DNA from: a virus
Taxonomy: Duplodnaviria; Caudoviricetes
IMG/VR virus record: IMGVR_UViG_3300048577_000441
Span: 1 to 54,435 of that record
Strand: one strand, 5' to 3'
DNA: 54,435 nt
Part shown: positions 26,934 to 35,145 of the stretch, one piece after another
Numbering within the stretch: position 1 is the first letter of the stretch
Layout: each line of letters opens with the position of its first letter
Notes under the pieces: generated by a model
Told to the model about the DNA's origin: nothing
The model's database searches: none
The model's input: only the letters and a program-made list of their open reading frames with translations
Program-made: the position numbers and the translations under genes

Positions 26934-27184
26934 AGAACACGCCGCAGACGCCTGAGGGCGTGCTCGCCCGCCGGATCGGCGAGACGCCGGGCGCCTTCAA
27001 GCGCGCCGGCCAGGCCGCGGTGGTGGTGGGGCTGGACTGGCCGGCGGTGAATGTCCTGCTCCCACAGGACGGCGACCGGGAACGGCTGCTGGCCCTGCTA
27101 CAGGCCTGGGAGGGCGGCATGCTGGCGGGGGCGGCGAAGGCCACGGAGAAGACGGGCGGCCGAGGAAAGTCTGATCCGCGATAG
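26801..27184 (+). CDS. gpT-like -1 frameshift extension of the tail chaperone
   Basis: G GGA AAC at 26801-26807 is in the correct phase; the -1 frame is open to 27184 (KRLRRLAEWEFGGGAEYCRGC...CPRLENTPQTPEG...GLDW). Confidence 0.8.
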   Translation, partial: GKRLRRLAEWEFGGGAEYCRGCVRRGSACASGGRGRSGNLCPRLENTPQTPEGVLARRIGETPGAFKRAGQAAVVVGLDWPAVNVLLPQDGDRERLLALLQAWEGGMLAGAAKATEKTGGRGKSDPR

Positions 27185-27188
27185 CGAA

Positions 27189-27217
27189 TTGCTGAGTTTG
27201 TCACCAACGGTTAGCGT
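27189..27217 (+). promoter_or_regulatory. Putative sigma70 promoter of the tail moron
   Basis: TTGCTG-N17-TAGCGT just upstream of 27226. Confidence 0.5.
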
Positions 27218-27225
27218 GGCCGTTG

Positions 27226-27771
27226 ATGACAACCGCTGCGCGAATGGCAGAGGTCAACGAAGTTGACCGATTCATGAGGGACCAGAAGTCCCTGAACGAG
27301 GGGCTACCGCCCTGGCGTGAGAGTCACATCACAGGACGGATCACGGCCGAGTGGCCGATCATCGACAGCGAAGGGGTCCTTCGCGAAGGGACGCGCCTGG
27401 TCTTTGTCTGCAAGACCGAGGACGTGAACCGCCTCAGCATTTCGGTGCTCCTCAGGGGCAACCGGGTCTATGGGGTCGATCTGGTGCCTAGCCATGAGTG
27501 CAAGCTCAATGGCCCTCGCGCCGAAAGACTCGGCCTGCCGGCCAGGGTCTGCGGATCTCACTTTCATGAGTGGGCCGATAATCGTGACATGGCTCTGGCC
27601 TCCGGCCTGGGTCACATGCCACACAGGCGCCCGACACCAGCGCTATTGACCCGCTTGCCCCATGCTTTGCTCGCCTTAGCGCAGGCCATCAATCTGACGT
27701 TGACGCCTGAGCAGGCATCATTCGATGTGCCCCCCATTCGGGGGCTGCCGTTCAAAGGAGGTGCTGGATGA
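27226..27771 (+). CDS. Hypothetical protein (DUF6978-like), moron gene 1
   Basis: AT-richer; 'RVYGVDL...H...N...VCGSHFHEW' motif. Confidence 0.6.
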   Translation: MTTAARMAEVNEVDRFMRDQKSLNEGLPPWRESHITGRITAEWPIIDSEGVLREGTRLVFVCKTEDVNRLSISVLLRGNRVYGVDLVPSHECKLNGPRAERLGLPARVCGSHFHEWADNRDMALASGLGHMPHRRPTPALLTRLPHALLALAQAINLTLTPEQASFDVPPIRGLPFKGGAG

Positions 27772-28493
27772 TCTGCGATACCATTCGCGCCGCCCTGGCC
27801 GATGGCGACCTTTGCGAAGTGACCGACCGAGGCGCTCGAATCGTCACCCACTGCCTGTACCCGTCGTTCGAGCCCGTTGAGGTTTTCGTTTCGCCATATG
27901 GCGAAGGCTTCAGGATTACTGACGGTGGTGGAGCAGCCGCAGCCGCCTATTTGCATGGCCGCGATGAGCTCGGAAAAGTCCTCGCCAGGGAGTGCGCCCG
28001 CTTCGGTGTGGAGTGCAACGGGGACGTCGTAGTCGTCGAAGTTGGAAGCTCAGAGTGGCTTCGCTCTGGCATTCTAGCCGTCGCGAACGCCTCGGCGGCC
28101 GCGGCCATTTCCGCGCTGGAGCGCGTGGCGGTGGCGGCCGAGAAAGTGCTGGCTGAGAAGATCTTCGAAGGTCTGCGTCGGGTCGTGTCGCCTAGCCAGA
28201 TTGCTCGGGAATACGAGCATCGGGGTGTGAGCGGGAAGCGTTGGCGCTTCGATTTCGGCGCCACCGCCGGAGATGGGGTGCTGCTGGTCAATGCCATTGC
28301 GCCGCACCACGTGTCGGTCAGTGCAAAGTATGTGGCGTTCGCGGACACCCCGGCGAATGACGACGGGGTCAAGAAGCTCGCCGTTTATGGGCGTAGGCTC
28401 GAGACTGAAGACGCAGCCCTGATCACACAGGTCGCGACCTTGGTCTCCGTTGAGTCGGTCGAGGCGGGCATTCGACGCGCCATAGCGTCGTGA
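27768..28493 (+). CDS. DUF1828/DUF1829-like protein, moron gene 2
   Basis: 'IVTHCLYPSFEPVEVFV...FRITDGG' N-domain and 'RGVSGKRWRFDF' restriction-fold-like C-domain; ATGA coupling. Confidence 0.65.
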   Translation: MICDTIRAALADGDLCEVTDRGARIVTHCLYPSFEPVEVFVSPYGEGFRITDGGGAAAAAYLHGRDELGKVLARECARFGVECNGDVVVVEVGSSEWLRSGILAVANASAAAAISALERVAVAAEKVLAEKIFEGLRRVVSPSQIAREYEHRGVSGKRWRFDFGATAGDGVLLVNAIAPHHVSVSAKYVAFADTPANDDGVKKLAVYGRRLETEDAALITQVATLVSVESVEAGIRRAIAS

Positions 28494-28567
28494 GGAATAC
28501 CCTCGGCGTGATCAGCGAAGGCCTGCTGCGCGGAGGGTAGCCCTCGCAGTTCCGGCTTGAATCGTCC

Positions 28568-28596
28568 AAGGCCCGCTTCGGCGGGCCTTTTTCTTT
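28568..28596 (+). terminator. Rho-independent terminator
   Basis: AAGGCCCGC-TTCG-GCGGGCCTT followed by TTTCTTT. Confidence 0.85.
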
Positions 28597-28605
28597 GGAG
28601 GGGTC

Positions 28606-29247
28606 ATGTACGCCGTGCGCCAGCGGGGCGATGACCTCGCCGCCTTTGTCCTTGCCGCCAACCAGGACGGCCACAGGGCGAGCGAGGACGCGCCGCGCAA
28701 GGCGGCCATGAACGCCCGCAACGAGCTTCGGCGGCAGATCCGCACCCGGTTTTCGACGCAGGGGCGGGTGTGGGCGGCCCGGGGCTTCGCCGCCTCGATC
28801 CACGTCCGCAAGATGGACGAGGACTGGTGGTCGGTGATCGACCGGTCCGTCTATTCGAAGAAGCGTTCGCAGCCGGTCAGTCTGGCCTGGGTGTTCGATC
28901 AGGCGCCCATGATCCGCGGCAAGCGGGGCTGGGTGGCCGTGCCGATCAAGGGCCAGGCCCCCATCCACCGGAACGGCCGCCGCTACGCCTGGCCCAGCGA
29001 GGCCGCGGCCGATGGCTGGGAGCTGGAGGTGACGCCGATCATGGGCAAGAACCTCAAGCTTATCCTGGGGCGGCTGAACCGGCTGGAGCCGTGGCGGCCG
29101 CTGTATTTCTACGTTCCGCCCTATCGCGCCTCCAAGCGGCTGGACCTGGACAGCCTCTGGCGCAAGCACGCCGCCAGCATGGACCGGCTGTGGGCGGAAG
29201 CCTTCGACCGCCGCATGGCGAACCGGGCCCGCAAGCGCGCGGCCTGA
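28606..29247 (+). CDS. Basic tail-region protein (DUF6441-like)
   Basis: GGAGG RBS; 'IRGKRGWVAVP...PLYFYVP...KRLDL'. Confidence 0.65.
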   Translation: MYAVRQRGDDLAAFVLAANQDGHRASEDAPRKAAMNARNELRRQIRTRFSTQGRVWAARGFAASIHVRKMDEDWWSVIDRSVYSKKRSQPVSLAWVFDQAPMIRGKRGWVAVPIKGQAPIHRNGRRYAWPSEAAADGWELEVTPIMGKNLKLILGRLNRLEPWRPLYFYVPPYRASKRLDLDSLWRKHAASMDRLWAEAFDRRMANRARKRAA

Positions 29248-29278
29248 CCCGACCCCTTTAACCTGAACCGGAGACTCC

Positions 29279-32200
29279 ATGGCCCAGCGCCAGGCGATCC
29301 TCGACTTCAAGACCACGGGCGACGGCCCCGCGCGGTCGCGGGTCGTTTCCCTGGCCGACGCCCTGGAGCGCCAGAAGCGCAACGCCGACCGGCTGGCGCC
29401 CTCCCTTAAGACGGCTTCGGCGCAAGCCGGGGTGCTCGGCGCAGTCTCGCAGTCGGCGACCTCGCGGCTGGGCTCGCTGACCAACACCATCGGCCCGCTG
29501 GGGGCCGGGCTTGGCCATATGGGCCGGACGGCGCCCATGGCCGCGGTGGGGCTGCTGCAGCTGGCCTCGGCGGCCGAACGGGCCAGCCTGATGAACCGGG
29601 CGCTCAACACCACCATCCTGGCCGGGCTTACGGCGACCACGGCGGCCGGGGTCACGATGCTGGCCATGGCCGATGACGCGATCCGGGCCGGGGACACCTA
29701 TGCGACCCTGACGGCGCGCATCCGCACCTTCTCCCTGGGCGCCATCGAGGCCGCCCAGGTGGAGCGGGAGCTCTATGCCAACGCCAAGGACGCCCGCACG
29801 GCGATCGAGGGCCAGGTGACCCTCTACACCCGACTGGCGCCGGCGGTGCGGGACTATGGCCGCACGCAGGAAGAGGCGCTGAAGATCACCGAATTGACGA
29901 CCAAGACCATGGCCATCCAGGGGGCGGACATCCGCGAACAGGCGGCCGCCACGGTGCAGTTCAGCCAGTCCATCGCCTCTGGGGTGATGCGCGGGGACGA
30001 GCTGCGCTCGCTGCTGGAATCCTCGCCGCAGCTGCTGCGCTACATCGCCCGGAACCTGGAGATCAACGGCAAGATCGGCGTGGCCTTCAGTCAGCTTCGC
30101 AATCTCGGCGAAGAGGGCATGCTGACGACCGAGCGGATCATGGCGGCCATGCTGGCGGCCGAACCGCAGATCGAGGCCGACTTCATCAATGCCCCGAAGA
30201 AGGCCCAGCAGGGCTGGCAACGCCTGACCGACACCATCACCCGCACCGTGGGCCAGATGTCGAAGGCCACAGGGGCCCAGGAAGGCCTGGTGGACTGGCT
30301 GGGGGACCTGGCGGACAAGGCCGACGCCTTCCGCGAGAAGATGCTGCTGGACCCCAGCGCGCTCGACCCCGTGAAACAGGCCGCCGGCTTCATCGGCGAC
30401 GCGGTGGGCGCGGTGGGTCAGCTGGGCGGCGTGGCCGTGGAGCACTTCGACGAGATCGTCATGGCGGGCCAGGCGATCATCGCGCTCAAGCTGGGCGAGG
30501 TGATGGCCAGCTGGTTCGCGGCGGCGGCCAATGGCGCCCGCGGGGCGCTGGCCAATCTGCAGACCTATCAGGCGGCGGCCCGGGCCTCGGCGATCTCCAC
30601 CCTGAACCCGACGGCTGCGGCGGCGGCCGGGGGGCTGCGGGACGGCGCCCTGGCCTTGCAGATCCGCGCCGCCGAGCAGGCCGCCCAGGCGGAGATCAAG
30701 CTGGCCCAGGCTACGGCCATGAGGACGGCGGCCGACCGCGCGGCGGTGCAGGCGGCCCTGGCCAAGGCGCAGGTGGGCGCGGGGAGCGCCGCGGCGGCCC
30801 AGGCCGAGGCCACGGCCACGGCGGCGGCCACTGTGGCCAAGCGGGCGGAGGAACAGGCGACCCGGGCCCAGGCGGCGGCGAAGGCGGCCGCCTCGGCCGC
30901 TTCGCTGCGCAACGCCGCGGCCCTGGAGGCCGAAGCCGTCGCCTCGGCCAATGTCACCCGGGCCATGGTGACGCAGGGGACCGTCATGCGGACCCTGAAC
31001 GGCCTCTATGCCGCCATGGGCGGCGCCGTCGGGGTGGTCGGGCTCGCGGTTGGAGCCCTGATCTACGCCATCTGGCGCGCGGAGCAGGCCTATCGCGCCC
31101 AGGTGGAGGCCCAGCGGGACGCCCTGGTGGTGTCCGACGACCTGGCCCGCATCACCGACGCCATGACGGCTTCAACTTGGGCGCAGATTCCGGCGCTGCA
31201 AGCCCGGGCGGTGGCCTTGCAACAAGAGGCGGTGAAGGCGCGTGAGGCCGCCGAGGCGCAGCTTGCCCTGGCGGAGGCGCGCCGGGAGACCCTAAAGAAC
31301 GAGATGTGGCGGGCGCCGGGGCTCGTGCACGAAGTCGCGCGGCAGGACCGCATCGCCCGTGACACAGCGGGAAACCTGGAGGCTGCGCGAAAGGATGAGT
31401 TCGCGGCAGGGCAGGAAACGATTCGCCAGAACCTGACCGCGCGGACGATCGAAGCCTCGACGATCCAGCGCCAGCTTAGCAGCGGCAAGGACGTGGCTGG
31501 GCGGGCCTTGACCGCCCAGGATCGCGAGCAGCTGACCGCCCGCCGCACCGAGCTGTTCCAGTTGGGGCAGCGTCAGGTGGATGCTTGGGACGTTCATCAG
31601 CGCCAGCAACAGGCCGCTATGGAACGGGAGCAGGACCCCAAACGAAAGGAAGAGCTGCGGAAGGGCTTGGGTCTTTTCGCCGCCAATTTCCAGACTGCGG
31701 CCGAACTGGTTGCCACCGCCGACTCCGCGCCGACCGGTTCGCCTACGGCGACCAAGGCCGCCAAGGGAACCCGCACGACGGTTCCAGGCGGCGTGCAGCA
31801 GGCCCTGACGGAGCTGATCGAGCAGCAGTACCGCAATACCGGCGGCCAGAAGGATTTCACGCTGAAGGGCGGGCTGATCACCCGCGCCGATGGCTCGATC
31901 TTCACCGCGCGGTCGGAGGACGAGGCGGCGGCGGCGGCCAAGTATGTCAAGCAGATCGAGGCGATCAATTCGGCGACGGACGCCCAGATCGCCAAGGCGG
32001 GCAAGAGCCGCGAGGCCCTGCGGGAGGCGGCCAGCGCCATGCTGGCGGCCGAGGTGGCGACGTCGAAGGCCAGCCAGGCCGACGAGAAGTGGGCCGACAT
32101 CCGGGCCGAGATGACCGGCCAGAGCCGGGCGGTGGTGAAGGCCGAGCGGGAAATCAGCGACCTGATCGCCGACGGCGCCGACATCACCGAGCGCGCCGCT

Positions 32201-33349
32201 CAGGCCTATGTGGACTATGTGGCCGCGCGGGAGCGGGCGCAGCGGATGCGCCAGGCCCTGCAGATCGCCGAGCCGGCGGCCCGGGCGGCCTTCGACACCG
32301 CGACCGCTGGACTGGTGATACCGTCCGACGCCCGGGGGGTGCCTGATGCGGCCGCTGCGGCGGCGCAGCTGGCCACGGTCCGGGAACAGATCCTGATCCA
32401 GAGCGAGGCCCGCATCCGTGAGGAGCTTGGGCGGCTGCGCGAAGCCGAGGGCCTGACCGAGCAGCAATATGCCGCCCGCCTGGCCGACGCGATCGCCGCC
32501 AACCGCATCGCGGTGGAGACGGTGGTTCAGGATCGCCTGCTGCAGCTGGAGCAGGACCGCTTGCGGGCGGCCAGCGAGTATGCCGAGCGCCGCTATGCGG
32601 AGACGGCCGACATCATCGTGGGCGCCCTGGACACCGCACGGCGGGGGGACTGGGCGCAGGCCGGCAAGGACCTGGTGGATGACCTCCTGACGGCCGCCTA
32701 TCAGGAGCTTTTCTACAATCCGCTGCGCAAGGCGATCATCGACATGCTGCGGGACACCTTCTCGCCGCAGGCCGGAGGGGCGTCGGGCGGCGGCGTGGCG
32801 AGCTTCCTTGGCCGTGTGCTGGGCACAATGATGGGCGGGGGCGGGGCTGCGGCCGGCGGCATGCCAGGGCCGGTGGTGGTTCCCTATGGCCCGGCCATGG
32901 CGAGCGGCGGCTGGGTCAGCGGCCCAGGCGGTCCCCGCGATGACAAGGTTCCGGCCCGGCTTTCGAACGGCGAGTTCGTGGTGCAGGCCAAGGCGGCGCG
33001 GGACTGGGGGCCGGTGCTGGAGGCGATCAACCGGGGTGTGGGCGTGCCCGGCTACGCCTCTGGCGGCTGGGTAGGCGACGGGGCGGGCGCGTCGGGCGGC
33101 GGGGTCAATCCTGCCGCGCTGCGCCCGATCTCGGAACGGAGCGGGGCAGGCTCGCCCCCTGAGCTCAAGGTCGAGTTCCATGACCACACCGGCCAGAACC
33201 TGCGCAAGGAGGTGACGCCCACCTCCGAGGGCATGCGGGTGGATCTCTACGAACAGGTGGGGCGCTCGATGATCTCGAACGCCGCCCAGAACGGCGACCT
33301 GGTGAAGGCGCTTCAGCGCTCGCCCAGCGGCCACAAGAAACGCGGCTAA
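29279..33349 (+). CDS. Tape measure protein
   Basis: 1356 aa, Ala-rich helical; 'QFSQSIASGVMRGDELRSLLE' and 'ASGGWVSGPGGPRDDKVPARLSNGEFV'. Confidence 0.93.
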   Translation: MAQRQAILDFKTTGDGPARSRVVSLADALERQKRNADRLAPSLKTASAQAGVLGAVSQSATSRLGSLTNTIGPLGAGLGHMGRTAPMAAVGLLQLASAAERASLMNRALNTTILAGLTATTAAGVTMLAMADDAIRAGDTYATLTARIRTFSLGAIEAAQVERELYANAKDARTAIEGQVTLYTRLAPAVRDYGRTQEEALKITELTTKTMAIQGADIREQAAATVQFSQSIASGVMRGDELRSLLESSPQLLRYIARNLEINGKIGVAFSQLRNLGEEGMLTTERIMAAMLAAEPQIEADFINAPKKAQQGWQRLTDTITRTVGQMSKATGAQEGLVDWLGDLADKADAFREKMLLDPSALDPVKQAAGFIGDAVGAVGQLGGVAVEHFDEIVMAGQAIIALKLGEVMASWFAAAANGARGALANLQTYQAAARASAISTLNPTAAAAAGGLRDGALALQIRAAEQAAQAEIKLAQATAMRTAADRAAVQAALAKAQVGAGSAAAAQAEATATAAATVAKRAEEQATRAQAAAKAAASAASLRNAAALEAEAVASANVTRAMVTQGTVMRTLNGLYAAMGGAVGVVGLAVGALIYAIWRAEQAYRAQVEAQRDALVVSDDLARITDAMTASTWAQIPALQARAVALQQEAVKAREAAEAQLALAEARRETLKNEMWRAPGLVHEVARQDRIARDTAGNLEAARKDEFAAGQETIRQNLTARTIEASTIQRQLSSGKDVAGRALTAQDREQLTARRTELFQLGQRQVDAWDVHQRQQQAAMEREQDPKRKEELRKGLGLFAANFQTAAELVATADSAPTGSPTATKAAKGTRTTVPGGVQQALTELIEQQYRNTGGQKDFTLKGGLITRADGSIFTARSEDEAAAAAKYVKQIEAINSATDAQIAKAGKSREALREAASAMLAAEVATSKASQADEKWADIRAEMTGQSRAVVKAEREISDLIADGADITERAAQAYVDYVAARERAQRMRQALQIAEPAARAAFDTATAGLVIPSDARGVPDAAAAAAQLATVREQILIQSEARIREELGRLREAEGLTEQQYAARLADAIAANRIAVETVVQDRLLQLEQDRLRAASEYAERRYAETADIIVGALDTARRGDWAQAGKDLVDDLLTAAYQELFYNPLRKAIIDMLRDTFSPQAGGASGGGVASFLGRVLGTMMGGGGAAAGGMPGPVVVPYGPAMASGGWVSGPGGPRDDKVPARLSNGEFVVQAKAARDWGPVLEAINRGVGVPGYASGGWVGDGAGASGGGVNPAALRPISERSGAGSPPELKVEFHDHTGQNLRKEVTPTSEGMRVDLYEQVGRSMISNAAQNGDLVKALQRSPSGHKKRG

Positions 33350-33365
33350 GAGACCCGTCCAAGCC

Positions 33366-34238
33366 ATGGAAAACAGGATTGAAAACGCCGGTGGTCTCGA
33401 CGGGACCACAGGATACGCCGCCGTGGGCGGGGCCGCCCTGGCGGCGGACGAGGCCACCCTGGGGTCGCCCGGTCGGATCGTGATCACGGCGAGCGGCTCG
33501 GCGAGCGCGACCGTGGGGGTGGACACCGATCTGGCGGCGGTGAGCGCCGGGGCGACCTATGACTGTGCGGGCCTGTGGAGCTTCGTCGGCGCGGCGGCGA
33601 CCCTGGCCGTGCAGTGGTGTGATGCGGGCGGCGCGGTGGTGAGCACGGCCGTCCTGCCGCTGGTCCGGACGGCGACCGGCCCGGCCGCCAAGGGGCTGCG
33701 CCAACGGTTCAACCGGTCCTATGGGCGGGTGACCTGTCCGAGCGGGGCCAGCCAGGCGCGGCTGCGGCTGAGCGGCGCGGCGACGGGGGCCTATGTGGCC
33801 GGGCTGCTGAAGCCGATGATTGCGCCGGCCCGCACCGACGGCGACCCGCCCCGCTGGGATCCAGGCCCGACCTCGAACCCCGACCTGGCCTTGCCGATCT
33901 GGCCCGCCGCCTTGCCGCCGGTGCTGATGGATGGGTTTTCCGCGGCGCCCACCTCGCTGCGCAAGGCCTTCGAGAGCGACGCCGGAATCGCCATGACGCA
34001 GAAGGTCGGGGCGACCGCGCGCCAGATCGTGCAGGCGCAGCTGCGGGTGAGCCCCGAGCAGCTGGTGGCGCTGGAGGACTTCCACGCCCAGGGCGGCTCG
34101 CCCTTCTGGTTCGTGCGGCCTGACACCGACGAGCTCTGCCAGGCCTGGTGGACGAAGGACGGGGCGCCGGCGCTCTCGCGGCTGGCGGCCCAGGAAGCGG
34201 CTTACTACAGCTTTGGCCTGCAGCTGGCGGTGGCCTGA
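33366..34238 (+). CDS. Minor tail / distal tail protein with N-terminal beta-sandwich domain
   Basis: Follows the tape measure gene; C-terminal 'WPAALP..LMDGFS...FESDAG...PFWFVRP'. Confidence 0.6.
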   Translation: MENRIENAGGLDGTTGYAAVGGAALAADEATLGSPGRIVITASGSASATVGVDTDLAAVSAGATYDCAGLWSFVGAAATLAVQWCDAGGAVVSTAVLPLVRTATGPAAKGLRQRFNRSYGRVTCPSGASQARLRLSGAATGAYVAGLLKPMIAPARTDGDPPRWDPGPTSNPDLALPIWPAALPPVLMDGFSAAPTSLRKAFESDAGIAMTQKVGATARQIVQAQLRVSPEQLVALEDFHAQGGSPFWFVRPDTDELCQAWWTKDGAPALSRLAAQEAAYYSFGLQLAVA

Positions 34239-34732
34239 TGCAGGACATCAGCGAAGACCTGGTGCGGGAGCTGTTCGCCGGCGAGCCGGAGGAGCCGGTG
34301 CTGCTGATCACGCTCAACGCCGATGGCCTGGACGATCCGATCCGTGCGGCCAGCCATGACGGCCGGCTGGCCGGGACCACGCGCCGCGGCGTGCTGAGCC
34401 GCGGCGAGATCTTCGACTTCGCCCCCTTCGAGTTCACCTGGGCCGGCGCCGGGGAGGGCGAGCCGTCCCGCGACGCGAAGCTGGAGATGTTCATCCGCGA
34501 CGGCGACGTGGCCCGGGCCATCCGCACCGCCACGGGCCAGCCGACGGTCACCGCCGAGATGGTGCGTCTCTCTGACGCCGACGTGGTGGAAATGGCCATG
34601 ACGGACGCCGAGGTGGCCGAGGCCGAGATTGACGCGCCAAAGGCCATCGCCACCATCCGGTCGCGGGACTTCGCGGCCGAGCCGGCCTGCAAGGCCAGCT
34701 ACAACCCCAGCCGCACGCCGGGCGCCTATTGA
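34238..34732 (+). CDS. DUF1833-like minor tail protein
   Basis: 'VLLITL...DPIR...SRGEIFDFAPFEF...YNPSRTPG'. Confidence 0.72.
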   Translation: MQDISEDLVRELFAGEPEEPVLLITLNADGLDDPIRAASHDGRLAGTTRRGVLSRGEIFDFAPFEFTWAGAGEGEPSRDAKLEMFIRDGDVARAIRTATGQPTVTAEMVRLSDADVVEMAMTDAEVAEAEIDAPKAIATIRSRDFAAEPACKASYNPSRTPGAY

Positions 34733-35145
34733 TGAGCGCCGTGCTGCGGGTGGCGGGCGCCTATGTGGGCGTCCCCTATGTGCTGCGCGGGCGCGACCCT
34801 GGCGGTTGGGACTGCTGGGGTTGCCTGCGGTTCGGCCGCAAGGCGCTTTTCGGCAAGGAGAGCCCCTGCGTCAGCGACGCCTACGACCTGGCCGAGGCGG
34901 CGAGCCCGGCCCGGCTGGCGGCCCACATGGAAGGGCTGGTGGCGCAGTCGATCTCGCTCTGGCGGCCCTGCGCCGCCCAGCCTTCGGCGGCGGTGCTGCT
35001 GAAGGTGTTCGGCCGCCCGGCCCATGTGGGCCTGCTGCTGGACGACATGAATTTCCTCCATGCCCAGATCGGGTGCGAGACGGTGATCAGCCGGCTTGAC
35101 GAACCGATGTGGGCCCAGCGCCTTCTGGGATGTTTCGATGCCTGA
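34732..35145 (+). CDS. NlpC/P60 family tail-associated protein
   Basis: 'YVGVPY..RGRD..GWDCWG...HVGL...FLHA'. Confidence 0.85.
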   Translation: MSAVLRVAGAYVGVPYVLRGRDPGGWDCWGCLRFGRKALFGKESPCVSDAYDLAEAASPARLAAHMEGLVAQSISLWRPCAAQPSAAVLLKVFGRPAHVGLLLDDMNFLHAQIGCETVISRLDEPMWAQRLLGCFDA

